Source: Candidatus Sysuiplasma jiujiangense (GTDB lineage: Archaea > Thermoplasmatota > Thermoplasmata > Sysuiplasmatales > Sysuiplasmataceae). From it: a DNA stretch of 64,000 nucleotides. Below the pieces are notes generated by a model. It saw only the letters and a list, made by a program, of their open reading frames with translations, was not told the DNA's origin and ran no database searches. Position numbers and translations under genes: made by a program. Location of the stretch: NCBI GenBank assembly GCA_019721075.1, contig JAHEAD010000004.1, forward strand, positions 62,001-126,000, in the 5' to 3' direction. Below are positions 57,034-64,000 of this stretch, in pieces (positions within the stretch are counted from its first letter, which is position 1; each line of letters begins with the position of its first letter).

Positions 57034-57164
57034 TTGGCCGTCAGCTGTTTCTTTACACTGGGCCTGTCCTTGACAAAGATCTTGGAACCGCACCTGTCGC
57101 ACTGAAGGCCGAAGGTGTTTACGCCGGATCTGATCGGCTCACCGCACTTGATGCACTTGTACAT
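57030..57164 (-). CDS. rpoP: RNA polymerase subunit P / Rpo12 (below ORF-track cutoff)
   Basis: Manual translation MYKCIKCGEPIRSGVNTFGLQCDRCGSKIFVKDRPSVKKQLTAK; overlaps the L37Ae stop and Pcc1 start. Confidence 0.92.
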   Translation of the reverse strand: MYKCIKCGEPIRSGVNTFGLQCDRCGSKIFVKDRPSVKKQLTAK

Positions 57165-57457
57165 TACTTTCCATCCTCCTTTTCAGCGGCTGCAGCAGCC
57201 TCGAGTTCATGCGAAACCACCGTTTTTCTGAACTGGCCGACATACGCTCTGCCCGCATATTTATGACCGCAGTGCCTGCATGCGTAAATCGATGTGCTCA
57301 CCCTGCCTACGGAATAGGCGCCGCATCTCGGGCAGGCAATTTCCTTTGCCGCATCCTTCTCGATCTCAAGTATCCTGGAGCGTATCCTGACACCGTATCT
57401 CGGTCCAAATCTGGCGACCGAACCAACCTTCTTCGCCGAACCTGACAATTTTGACAC
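57164..57457 (-). CDS. rpl37ae: 50S ribosomal protein L37Ae
   Basis: RFGPRYG..IR, CPRCG...V.R..T.I..C..CG..YAG. Confidence 0.93.
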   Translation of the reverse strand: MSKLSGSAKKVGSVARFGPRYGVRIRSRILEIEKDAAKEIACPRCGAYSVGRVSTSIYACRHCGHKYAGRAYVGQFRKTVVSHELEAAAAAEKEDGK

Positions 57458-57458
57458 C

Positions 57459-58232
57459 TCATAGCTTCTTTCTTATAAGATTCCCGGCAGAGGCGGACAT
57501 TTTTATCGCGCTTCTCACTTCCTCAATGGTGAAATGCCCTGTCCCGCCCTTCTGCATTGCGCGTATGTCTCCGTTTTCATCCGTCGCCACTGTGAGTCTC
57601 GCAGACGAAACATCTTCTTCTTCAAGCGTGGGATCTATTATCAGTCTGTCGCCTATTTTAACTGTTGTACATGATATGGGCACCGATCTGAGTGGCAGCC
57701 TGTAATCCTCCCCCTTGCCAAGTCTCTTTGCAGGGACAACGGTGTTCTTAAGTGCGCTGACAGCAGCTATCGAGGCCGCGTCAAAGAGGTTGCCGTCATA
57801 ATCCAGCGGATAAATATCAATGTACAGGACCCAGACTTCCTCTTTGGGCTTGATGCAGAGTGCAGCCATGTCTATGAGCTGACTCTCTCTGATTCCTCTG
57901 TCCACGACACGCGAAAGCTCTATTGCGCTCGGCGACGGCGGTCCGCTTTCGAAATCTTCCGAAGCCATCGGAATCAGCTCAACGTTTGTTGTGAGCACAC
58001 CTTTGTCTGGAGAGTCGTCGAACGGCTCGCCGACATCCATCTTTATTCCTACAACAACCTCTGTATTTCCCAGCCTGAGTCTTGAGGATCCTTCCGCAGT
58101 CTCTATCGTTCCGGTCTCAACGGTAATTTCCCTGAATTCGTCGAATTTCCTGCCATCCGTTCTTACGCCGCGTGAAAGCACATTGAGGATGTGTCCCCTT
58201 TTCACATCCGACATCGGACTCCTTGAAAGCAT
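57459..58232 (-). CDS. rrp42: Exosome complex subunit Rrp42
   Basis: R.DGR..DEFR.I, AEGS....LG.T, ESGPP...AIEL.RVVDRGIRES, DYDGNL.DA, QKGG. Confidence 0.93.
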   Translation of the reverse strand: MLSRSPMSDVKRGHILNVLSRGVRTDGRKFDEFREITVETGTIETAEGSSRLRLGNTEVVVGIKMDVGEPFDDSPDKGVLTTNVELIPMASEDFESGPPSPSAIELSRVVDRGIRESQLIDMAALCIKPKEEVWVLYIDIYPLDYDGNLFDAASIAAVSALKNTVVPAKRLGKGEDYRLPLRSVPISCTTVKIGDRLIIDPTLEEEDVSSARLTVATDENGDIRAMQKGGTGHFTIEEVRSAIKMSASAGNLIRKKL

Positions 58233-58233
58233 T

Positions 58234-58998
58234 TCAGTTCGCCTCCTCTGTTTTTGTCTCCTCTTCAGAAAGTATGACGGAATATTTCCTTTTGAGCGCT
58301 TCCTGCTGGAGAGCGTATATCTTTGAGCAGCCGCCCATGGCAAGTTCAATCGCCCTGTCAAACTCCTCCTGTGTCATGTGGCCGTCCATCTGCAGAAGGA
58401 GTATTTCCCCCGTTCTCGGCAGATATGCAAGCGGAACATCGGCCTGGCCGAAGTTGTCCTCTTCCTTGTTCAGGTCAAGTACTATTGTGTCTGCAACCTT
58501 GCCTGCAGCGCAGGCCGGCACGAGATCCCTCATCGGTATTCCCGCATCAGCGAGCGCTACCGATGCGGCTGTAAGGCCAGCACATCTGGTGCCGGCATTG
58601 GCCTGGAGCACCACAATGTAGACGTCTATGGAAGTTCTCGGAAACTGCTCCAGAAAAACGACATGCTCCAGCGCTTCAGAGAGTATCTTGGAAATTTCCA
58701 CCGATCTTCTGTCGGGGCCCGGTCTCTTTCTGTCGTCCACAGAGAATGAAAGCATATTGTAGTTGCACTGGACGATGGCCCTGGTCGGATCCTGCAGATG
58801 CCTGGGGTGGCATTCCCTTGGTCCGTACACGGCCGCAAGTATCTTGTTCTTTCCCATTTCGACATAAGCTGAGCCGTCGGCCCGCTTCAGAACCCCTGCC
58901 TCGATCCTTATCGGCCTCAGCTCGTCAGCTCTCCTGCCGTCAATCCTCTTTCCGTTTTCGTCAATCAGTTTTAGCCCTTCAGGCATATCCATGCTCAT
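58234..58998 (-). CDS. rrp41: Exosome complex exonuclease Rrp41
   Basis: RIDGR..DELRP, RADGSAY, YGPRE.HP.H, PDRRS.EIS, FPR..ID, AGTR.A, DL..EED. Confidence 0.95.
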   Translation of the reverse strand: MSMDMPEGLKLIDENGKRIDGRRADELRPIRIEAGVLKRADGSAYVEMGKNKILAAVYGPRECHPRHLQDPTRAIVQCNYNMLSFSVDDRKRPGPDRRSVEISKILSEALEHVVFLEQFPRTSIDVYIVVLQANAGTRCAGLTAASVALADAGIPMRDLVPACAAGKVADTIVLDLNKEEDNFGQADVPLAYLPRTGEILLLQMDGHMTQEEFDRAIELAMGGCSKIYALQQEALKRKYSVILSEEETKTEEAN

Positions 58999-59022
58999 TA
59001 AAACACCAACCGTGAGTATCTC

Positions 59023-59706
59023 TTATCTATTTTTCAGGTTATCCTCGAGGAATTCCCTGATCCTGTTTGTAAGGCCGAAAGTCTGGGCCTCCATGTCTAT
59101 GATCCTGAGTGCCTTGGCAACCACCAGGACCCTTTCTATTTCACCGTCAATCCAGATGCGTCCATTCCTTCCGACTATTATCCTGCATCCTGACATGGAC
59201 CTAAGCATCTCTATCATTGAGCTGTTCTTGCCAACAACTCTGGCAACCTTTCCGAAAGGTATGTCCACGATGTGGCCGCCGTTCAGCTTGCGCAGCCTCT
59301 GGTCCCTCATCGTCACCTGTACATGCTTCGAGTCGTCCACCGAAAGGATTTCGGCAATCACATTGTCCCCTATGTCCAGATATTTGGAAGTGGCATTGAA
59401 TTCAACCTTCCAGGGGGACTCGGAGGCGTGAAGAAGAGCGGGGTAGGGAGAATTGATGTCAAGCAGCCAGCTTGATGCATTTATCTCCGAGACAGTGCCG
59501 ATTACCTCCTCCTCCCTGAACGGTATGTACTTCCCGCCAAGCGGGATGATGTCGACATAATTCCCTCTCATTGACTTCAGACCCAGTGTGGAGGAGTAGA
59601 ATCTCCCGTCCTTCCTGTACATTCCAAACCCCGCCTTCCTACCTGCACACTCCACAGGTTCCCCGGGTACAACAATATCCCTAACTTCGGAACCTGAACG
59701 GGCCAT
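59023..59706 (-). CDS. rrp4: Exosome RNA-binding subunit Rrp4
   Basis: VVPGE, IPL.G.YIP, DINSPY.A.L, KV.RV.GK..SM, GRNG.IWI. Confidence 0.93.
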   Translation of the reverse strand: MARSGSEVRDIVVPGEPVECAGRKAGFGMYRKDGRFYSSTLGLKSMRGNYVDIIPLGGKYIPFREEEVIGTVSEINASSWLLDINSPYPALLHASESPWKVEFNATSKYLDIGDNVIAEILSVDDSKHVQVTMRDQRLRKLNGGHIVDIPFGKVARVVGKNSSMIEMLRSMSGCRIIVGRNGRIWIDGEIERVLVVAKALRIIDMEAQTFGLTNRIREFLEDNLKNR

Positions 59707-59756
59707 TTCACTTCACTTTCCAGTATCGACCTGAATATGAATTCTAAATCCACACT

Positions 59757-60452
59757 CTATTTTAATATTTTGGTCTCTGCCTTGCCCTTGGTTTTGTGCC
59801 CGATCTTCTCAAAAAGATCTGTCTGCATCCCTGCCGGTATCTCCAGTATTCCCACCCAGTGACCGTCATTCTGCCACTCTTCCCTCGTTATTTTGCCGAA
59901 GTGAAGGAGATCCTCATAGCAGCGGCCATAATCCTCCCCGCTCAGTTTTATCGCGATCTTCGCATTCTCAAACCTTATCGGTATCAGCGGCCTTAGTGCA
60001 TCCAGCACTTCCTGAACCTGTGATTCCGCAGACTTGAATGGATCAATTCTGACCCTCGCCTCTTCCATGGCTGCCTCAATCCTGGCCAGCGGATGAGGGG
60101 TCCTGGTCTGCGGATTTATTGCGTTTCTTGCTATGATGGTGGCCACCTGCTTCCGTTTTGTCTCCGCCATGATGCGGCGCTGCTCGGTTGTCAGCTGGAC
60201 CTGCCCCTTCTGGAGTATGGTACGGGCCACCTGTCCTATATCGTCCGTGTCGAAAAATTCCTTCAGTTTTTCCGGCGACTGCTTTGTCCCTTTTTTAGCA
60301 TCCTTGAAGATTTCCTCGACGGCCATGTGGTTTGCGACGTCAACCTCCTTCCCTTCCTTCAGGTATTTGACTATGCGCGGATCTATGAGTATTTCGAAAA
60401 CCTCTCCCTTGATTTCGTATCTGCCCACTATGGCCTCGTCAAGATCTACCAT
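59757..60452 (-). CDS. Ribosome maturation factor SBDS/Sdo1
   Basis: FEIL.DP, IF.DAKKG, QLT.EQRR, NPQT..PHP..RIE.AM, L...IPIRFE. Confidence 0.93.
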   Translation of the reverse strand: MVDLDEAIVGRYEIKGEVFEILIDPRIVKYLKEGKEVDVANHMAVEEIFKDAKKGTKQSPEKLKEFFDTDDIGQVARTILQKGQVQLTTEQRRIMAETKRKQVATIIARNAINPQTRTPHPLARIEAAMEEARVRIDPFKSAESQVQEVLDALRPLIPIRFENAKIAIKLSGEDYGRCYEDLLHFGKITREEWQNDGHWVGILEIPAGMQTDLFEKIGHKTKGKAETKILK

Positions 60453-60473
60453 ACACGTGCACCGGTTGTATTA

Positions 60474-61193
60474 TCAGGAGGCACCAACCAGCTTCACGAA
60501 TTTGTCAACCTCTCCGGTTTCGAGCTTCCTGAAATTTTCACCAGATTTTACCATCCCTACCTCAATAGCCTTGGGATTGAGTTCCTCTTCGGTTGCCTTC
60601 TTCAATCCCTTGAGCGCGAGGACGGTCGCATCCTCCATGGAGAGATCTTCCTTGTAATTCTCTTCAAAGAAATCCATCACGACATTTCTGCCGGCTCCAA
60701 TGGAACTTGCCTTGTAGGATGCAAGGCCTCCGCTCGGATCAGTTTCGAACAGATGTGCACCGCTGTCATCCACGCCGGCAACCAGAAGCGAGGTTCCGAA
60801 GGGCCTGACCCCACCGTACTGGGTATACTGCTGCTTGTAGTCGCATATCCTCTTCACAAGCGCTTCCACGCTTATCCTGTCGCCGTATGTTATCTTGTTT
60901 ACCTGCGACATGACCCTTGCATTGTCCACAAGCACGCGGGCATCGGCAACAAGTCCCGAAGTCGCACACCCGATGTGATCGTCGATGAGGTATATCTTCT
61001 CCATTGAGGAGGGCTCCATCAGCCTGCTTGCGATCCTCTTGTCGACTATGAGTGCAACGCCGTCCTTGAATTTTATACCCACCGTCGTCGTCCCGCGTCT
61101 CACGGCTTCCCTGGCGTATTCGACCTGAAACAGTCTGCCATCCGGCGAGAAAACCGTAATTGCCCTGTCGTAGGCCATCTGTCCTGGCTGCAT
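60474..61193 (-). CDS. psmA: Proteasome subunit alpha
   Basis: YDRAITVFSPDGRLFQVEYAREAV, SGLVADAR, TQYGGVRPFG, ETDPSG. Confidence 0.97.
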   Translation of the reverse strand: MQPGQMAYDRAITVFSPDGRLFQVEYAREAVRRGTTTVGIKFKDGVALIVDKRIASRLMEPSSMEKIYLIDDHIGCATSGLVADARVLVDNARVMSQVNKITYGDRISVEALVKRICDYKQQYTQYGGVRPFGTSLLVAGVDDSGAHLFETDPSGGLASYKASSIGAGRNVVMDFFEENYKEDLSMEDATVLALKGLKKATEEELNPKAIEVGMVKSGENFRKLETGEVDKFVKLVGAS

Positions 61194-61279
61194 TATTTAA
61201 CCAACTCCAAATATGACATAAGTTCGGATGCGATTATCTTATTTAAGCTTAAAAACTCTTCTTTTCCTGTCCTTGCGCT

Positions 61280-61603
61280 CTAACTCCCCTTTCCCGTCTC
61301 CGCCGACGGCTGTCCGAGCATGTGCCTCAGTGATTTCAGCGTTCCCGATGTGCACAGTGTGGTGCACCTGTATTTTCCACCTATCCTGTTCAGCCCGTTC
61401 ACGACGGTTGCCGCACTGTAATGAACACATCTTATTATGGCCACGTTCCCTTTCATTGAGATGAATTTCACCCGTGCCTCCATAACCGCAGTCCGGCCTA
61501 TGGCTTCAGACAGAAGACGCACTATCTCATTGCCTCCAGAGAGCGGGGGTACAAACGAGGCAGCTATGTATCTCCTTCTTCCCGTCTTTTCCTTTACTGT
61601 CAA
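61280..61603 (-). CDS. RNase P protein Pop5/Rpp14 family
   Basis: GRRRYI, AIIRC.H, T...SGTLK.L; conserved position upstream of psmA. Confidence 0.8.
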   Translation of the reverse strand: MTVKEKTGRRRYIAASFVPPLSGGNEIVRLLSEAIGRTAVMEARVKFISMKGNVAIIRCVHYSAATVVNGLNRIGGKYRCTTLCTSGTLKSLRHMLGQPSAETGKGS

Positions 61604-61626
61604 CCCGAATTCGAGTAGGATGCTTC

Positions 61627-62715
61627 CTATTTAATGAAATCGACTCCCCGGTCGCTCAGGCTGTCCTGCGGGAGCATGAAGGGTGACTTTACACCCGTTA
61701 TCACAACAAGCACCTTTATCTTCCCGTCGGACTCCGGCTCGACGCTGCAACCCCAGATGATTCTTGCCCTGGGCCCCATAGCTGCCGACGCCGCCTCGGC
61801 CACTCTCTGCGCTTCCTTTAGCGTCATGTCGCTCCCTCCCACAACCCTTATAAGTGCGCCCTTTGCCTCCTTTATGTCCACATCGCCCAGCAGGGGCGAT
61901 GTCAGGGCCTGTCTCAGCGCATCCTCGACACGTTCGTCCTTTGCACCTGTCGATTCTCCTATCCCTATGAGCGCAACACCGCCTGATCCCATTATTGTCT
62001 TTATGTCCGCGAAATCGATGTTGACGAGTCCGGGCTTGGTTACAATTTCTGTTATGCCCTTGATGCACTGCGCAAGCACTTCATCAGCGACGCGGAACGC
62101 AGCATCAAGAGGGAGTCTTGGAACGATTTCCAGAAGTTTGTCGTTCGGAATGACCACTGTCGTATCCGCAAAACTTCGAAGCCTCTCAAGTCCACGGAGC
62201 GCATTCTGCATTCTTATTGTGCCCTCAGCCTTGAACGGAAGAGTGACAACAGCCATGACAAGCGCACGATTCTCCTTTGCAATCTGCGCCACTACCGGTA
62301 TTGAGCCGGTACCCGTGCCGCCTCCCATTCCGGCAGTGACGAATACGATGTCATCATGTTCCAGATATTTACGTATGTCCTCCCTTGCCTCCTCGGCTGC
62401 CTGATTCCCTATTTCGGGAAGCGCACCTGCCCCGAGGCCCCTTGTAAGTCTCCTGCCGAGAAGCACTTTGTGAGGGGCATTGAGAAGAAGCAGATGTCTT
62501 GCATCCGTGTTTGCCGCGATGAGGGATGCGCCAAAAACACCTCCCTGGTGCAATCTCCTTATTGTATTCGAGCCTCCGCCACCGCAGCCTATAATGCTTA
62601 TCCTCACCTTAAGTGAATCAACTAAGCGCATCAGCTCTTCATCTGTCGCGTCCGAAAACGTTCCATCCACAGCTCCGTGGTCCTGCTTAAGTGCATCCTC
62701 TACGATCGATTCCAT
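61627..62715 (-). CDS. ftsZ: Cell division protein FtsZ
   Basis: [22 protein letters not shown] signature, [20 protein letters not shown]. Confidence 0.96.
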   Translation of the reverse strand: MESIVEDALKQDHGAVDGTFSDATDEELMRLVDSLKVRISIIGCGGGGSNTIRRLHQGGVFGASLIAANTDARHLLLLNAPHKVLLGRRLTRGLGAGALPEIGNQAAEEAREDIRKYLEHDDIVFVTAGMGGGTGTGSIPVVAQIAKENRALVMAVVTLPFKAEGTIRMQNALRGLERLRSFADTTVVIPNDKLLEIVPRLPLDAAFRVADEVLAQCIKGITEIVTKPGLVNIDFADIKTIMGSGGVALIGIGESTGAKDERVEDALRQALTSPLLGDVDIKEAKGALIRVVGGSDMTLKEAQRVAEAASAAMGPRARIIWGCSVEPESDGKIKVLVVITGVKSPFMLPQDSLSDRGVDFIK

Positions 62716-62865
62716 CTAGTTCCCATCCCGAGAAAGGTAGTTTAGAGGTATTGCAAATAATGTATTTAAAACATCACTTATCGTCTGACGATTGTCATAC
62801 GAAATTCGATTGTTCCGGAGATGATGAAACACTTGACCTTGACAGGCGCAGCCGGTTCGGATGGT

Positions 62866-63570
62866 TCAGACGGGTTCCAGTTCAAAGCGGATATTGCAAC
62901 CAGCACAGTAAAGTTCGTCATCAGTCGGTGCACCGCACCTGGTGCATGTCGGAGGTAAGGTCATTCCGCAACTGCATTCGAGATCGCCAGCCTCGATCAG
63001 CCGCAGGCAGTACGGGCACTGGATGAGTGTCACAGCTTCGTCGCCGAAGGTTGCTCCGCAGCAGCTGCAGAATGAATTTTCAGTCTTTATCTCTGTTGTG
63101 CAGACCGGGCAGAGGAAGCCGGTAACGGTGCTCAGATGGTATCCGCACCCGCCGCAGTAGCGATCCTTTGCGCCAACCTCTGCATTGCAGTTTCGACAGT
63201 GAAGTGATGTGAATGATTCATCGCCAGACAGATCATCGAAGTTTGCGAACTTTGGCAGCCACCCAGATTCCCTCAGAGCAATACTTTCTTCAGAACTGCT
63301 GCTTCTGCATCTGGAACAGAAATGCAGTGTCATGAAGCATCCTCTGTGATAGTTTGCACCACAGTCACAACTGTAGCTGTCCTGTGAATCAACCGTGTCC
63401 AGGCAGAGGATGCAAAACCTGTCGCGGCGTGCATGGACTTTCGGCATGCCACCGTGGTTGAAAACAGCTTTTAACACTCCGTGCAGTTCAGAGAGCTGGC
63501 GAAGTATGACGCCGCTTACTCCGTCCGCTGAGGCGTGGCTGCTGTCTGTCACTGCGTGCCTGTCCCCCAC
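62866..63570 (-). CDS. Prokaryotic RING-like plus double zinc-ribbon protein (start uncertain)
   Basis: CILC...CDCGANYHRGC...CSRC followed by multiple CxxC...CxxCG ribbons. Confidence 0.65.
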   Translation of the reverse strand: MGDRHAVTDSSHASADGVSGVILRQLSELHGVLKAVFNHGGMPKVHARRDRFCILCLDTVDSQDSYSCDCGANYHRGCFMTLHFCSRCRSSSSEESIALRESGWLPKFANFDDLSGDESFTSLHCRNCNAEVGAKDRYCGGCGYHLSTVTGFLCPVCTTEIKTENSFCSCCGATFGDEAVTLIQCPYCLRLIEAGDLECSCGMTLPPTCTRCGAPTDDELYCAGCNIRFELEPV

Positions 63571-63623
63571 TCCTCATGGACTCCCTGCATACAAATATTT
63601 CCGTTGAACAGATTTCTTTCGGG

Positions 63624-64000
63624 TCAGTTATTTTTCCGTGTCTTTCCCTCACCGCGTATAACATTCGTCGCAAGCCTTCCCAGAAATGTACCGTCAAGAA
63701 GATAGAGTCTGCTCTTTCTGACTTCAATCAGCCTGTTTCTAAACAGGGGGCCAAGCCCGCCCGGATCTCTGTTCACGGGAGTCCCGGTCAGAAATGGATT
63801 GAATGCCGGTACCACAACAACCTCTTCAGGCAGCCGTCTGTATGTCGAAGTAGGATCTCTCTTCCTGAACGGGGCCCTCAGCCAGCACTTCTCGATGTAA
63901 CTGTTTCCGAGAGAATCCACGAACTCGATAGCGGGGTGAAGGTGACCCATGAGCAGTATCTTCCTTTTCATCATTTCCTCTTCAGGCCAGGTATGGCCGT
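63624..64000 (-). CDS. Metallophosphoesterase (calcineurin-like; 5' part beyond the window)
   Basis: Frame is open to the window edge: GHTWP...MGHLHPAI...VVVPAFNP. Confidence 0.75.
   Translation of the reverse strand, partial: GHTWPEEEMMKRKILLMGHLHPAIEFVDSLGNSYIEKCWLRAPFRKRDPTSTYRRLPEEVVVVPAFNPFLTGTPVNRDPGGLGPLFRNRLIEVRKSRLYLLDGTFLGRLATNVIRGEGKTRKNN

Noticed and set aside
58233..58361. Extended N-terminus of Rrp42 in the ORF track
   Set aside because: It overlaps rrp41; ATG 58232, 1 nt after the rrp41 stop, fits the family length.
60093..62404. Long plus-strand ORFs (304, 174, 256 aa)
   Set aside because: Antisense shadows of SBDS, psmA and ftsZ.
62821..62870. ATGATGA possible C/D-box sRNA start
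   Set aside because: No canonical CTGA D/D' boxes or C' box follow.
1..64000. tRNA, rRNA, CRISPR arrays, IS elements
   Set aside because: None recognised by eye in intergenic gaps; tRNAscan-SE, Infernal and CRISPR finders would be needed to exclude short RNAs.

Overview
Archaeal chromosomal segment. The archaeal ribosomal proteins S19e/L31e/L39e/L37Ae, aIF6, the exosome/proteasome superoperon and archaeal LeuRS/TyrRS establish this; FtsZ and the overall gene content suggest a Thermoplasmata-like, probably acidophilic euryarchaeon (inference). It holds about 70 mostly housekeeping or metabolic genes. I saw no tRNA, rRNA, CRISPR array, transposase or integrase. Two loci stand out. (1) At 34.8-40.7 kb, a compact, translationally coupled minimal type IV secretion-like operon: RHH-like regulator, VirB2-like pilin, 35-aa membrane peptide, VirB6-like protein, PrgI/VirB3-like protein, VirB4-like ATPase, an unknown protein and bPH-domain membrane proteins. 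No relaxase, coupling protein or integrase is nearby, so it resembles the domesticated crenarchaeal Ced/Ted DNA-import systems but in a euryarchaeal context. (2) At 40.7-43.1 kb, a C-terminally truncated CysRS paralog with MshC-like motif changes, next to a two-domain GNAT, suggesting a tRNA-independent amide ligase or mycothiol-like thiol pathway. Also notable: an MFS phosphate transporter fused to DUF47 opposite an AbrB-PhoU regulator, a bacterial-type folE/folM/folB/folK cluster, a sirC-ahbAB-chdC hybrid heme operon, a tusA-sqr-dsrE-DUF1641 sulfur operon, pntAB, a P3A H+-ATPase, and a prokaryotic RING/zinc-ribbon gene upstream of ftsZ-pop5-psmA. All family calls come from recalled motifs, not database searches.
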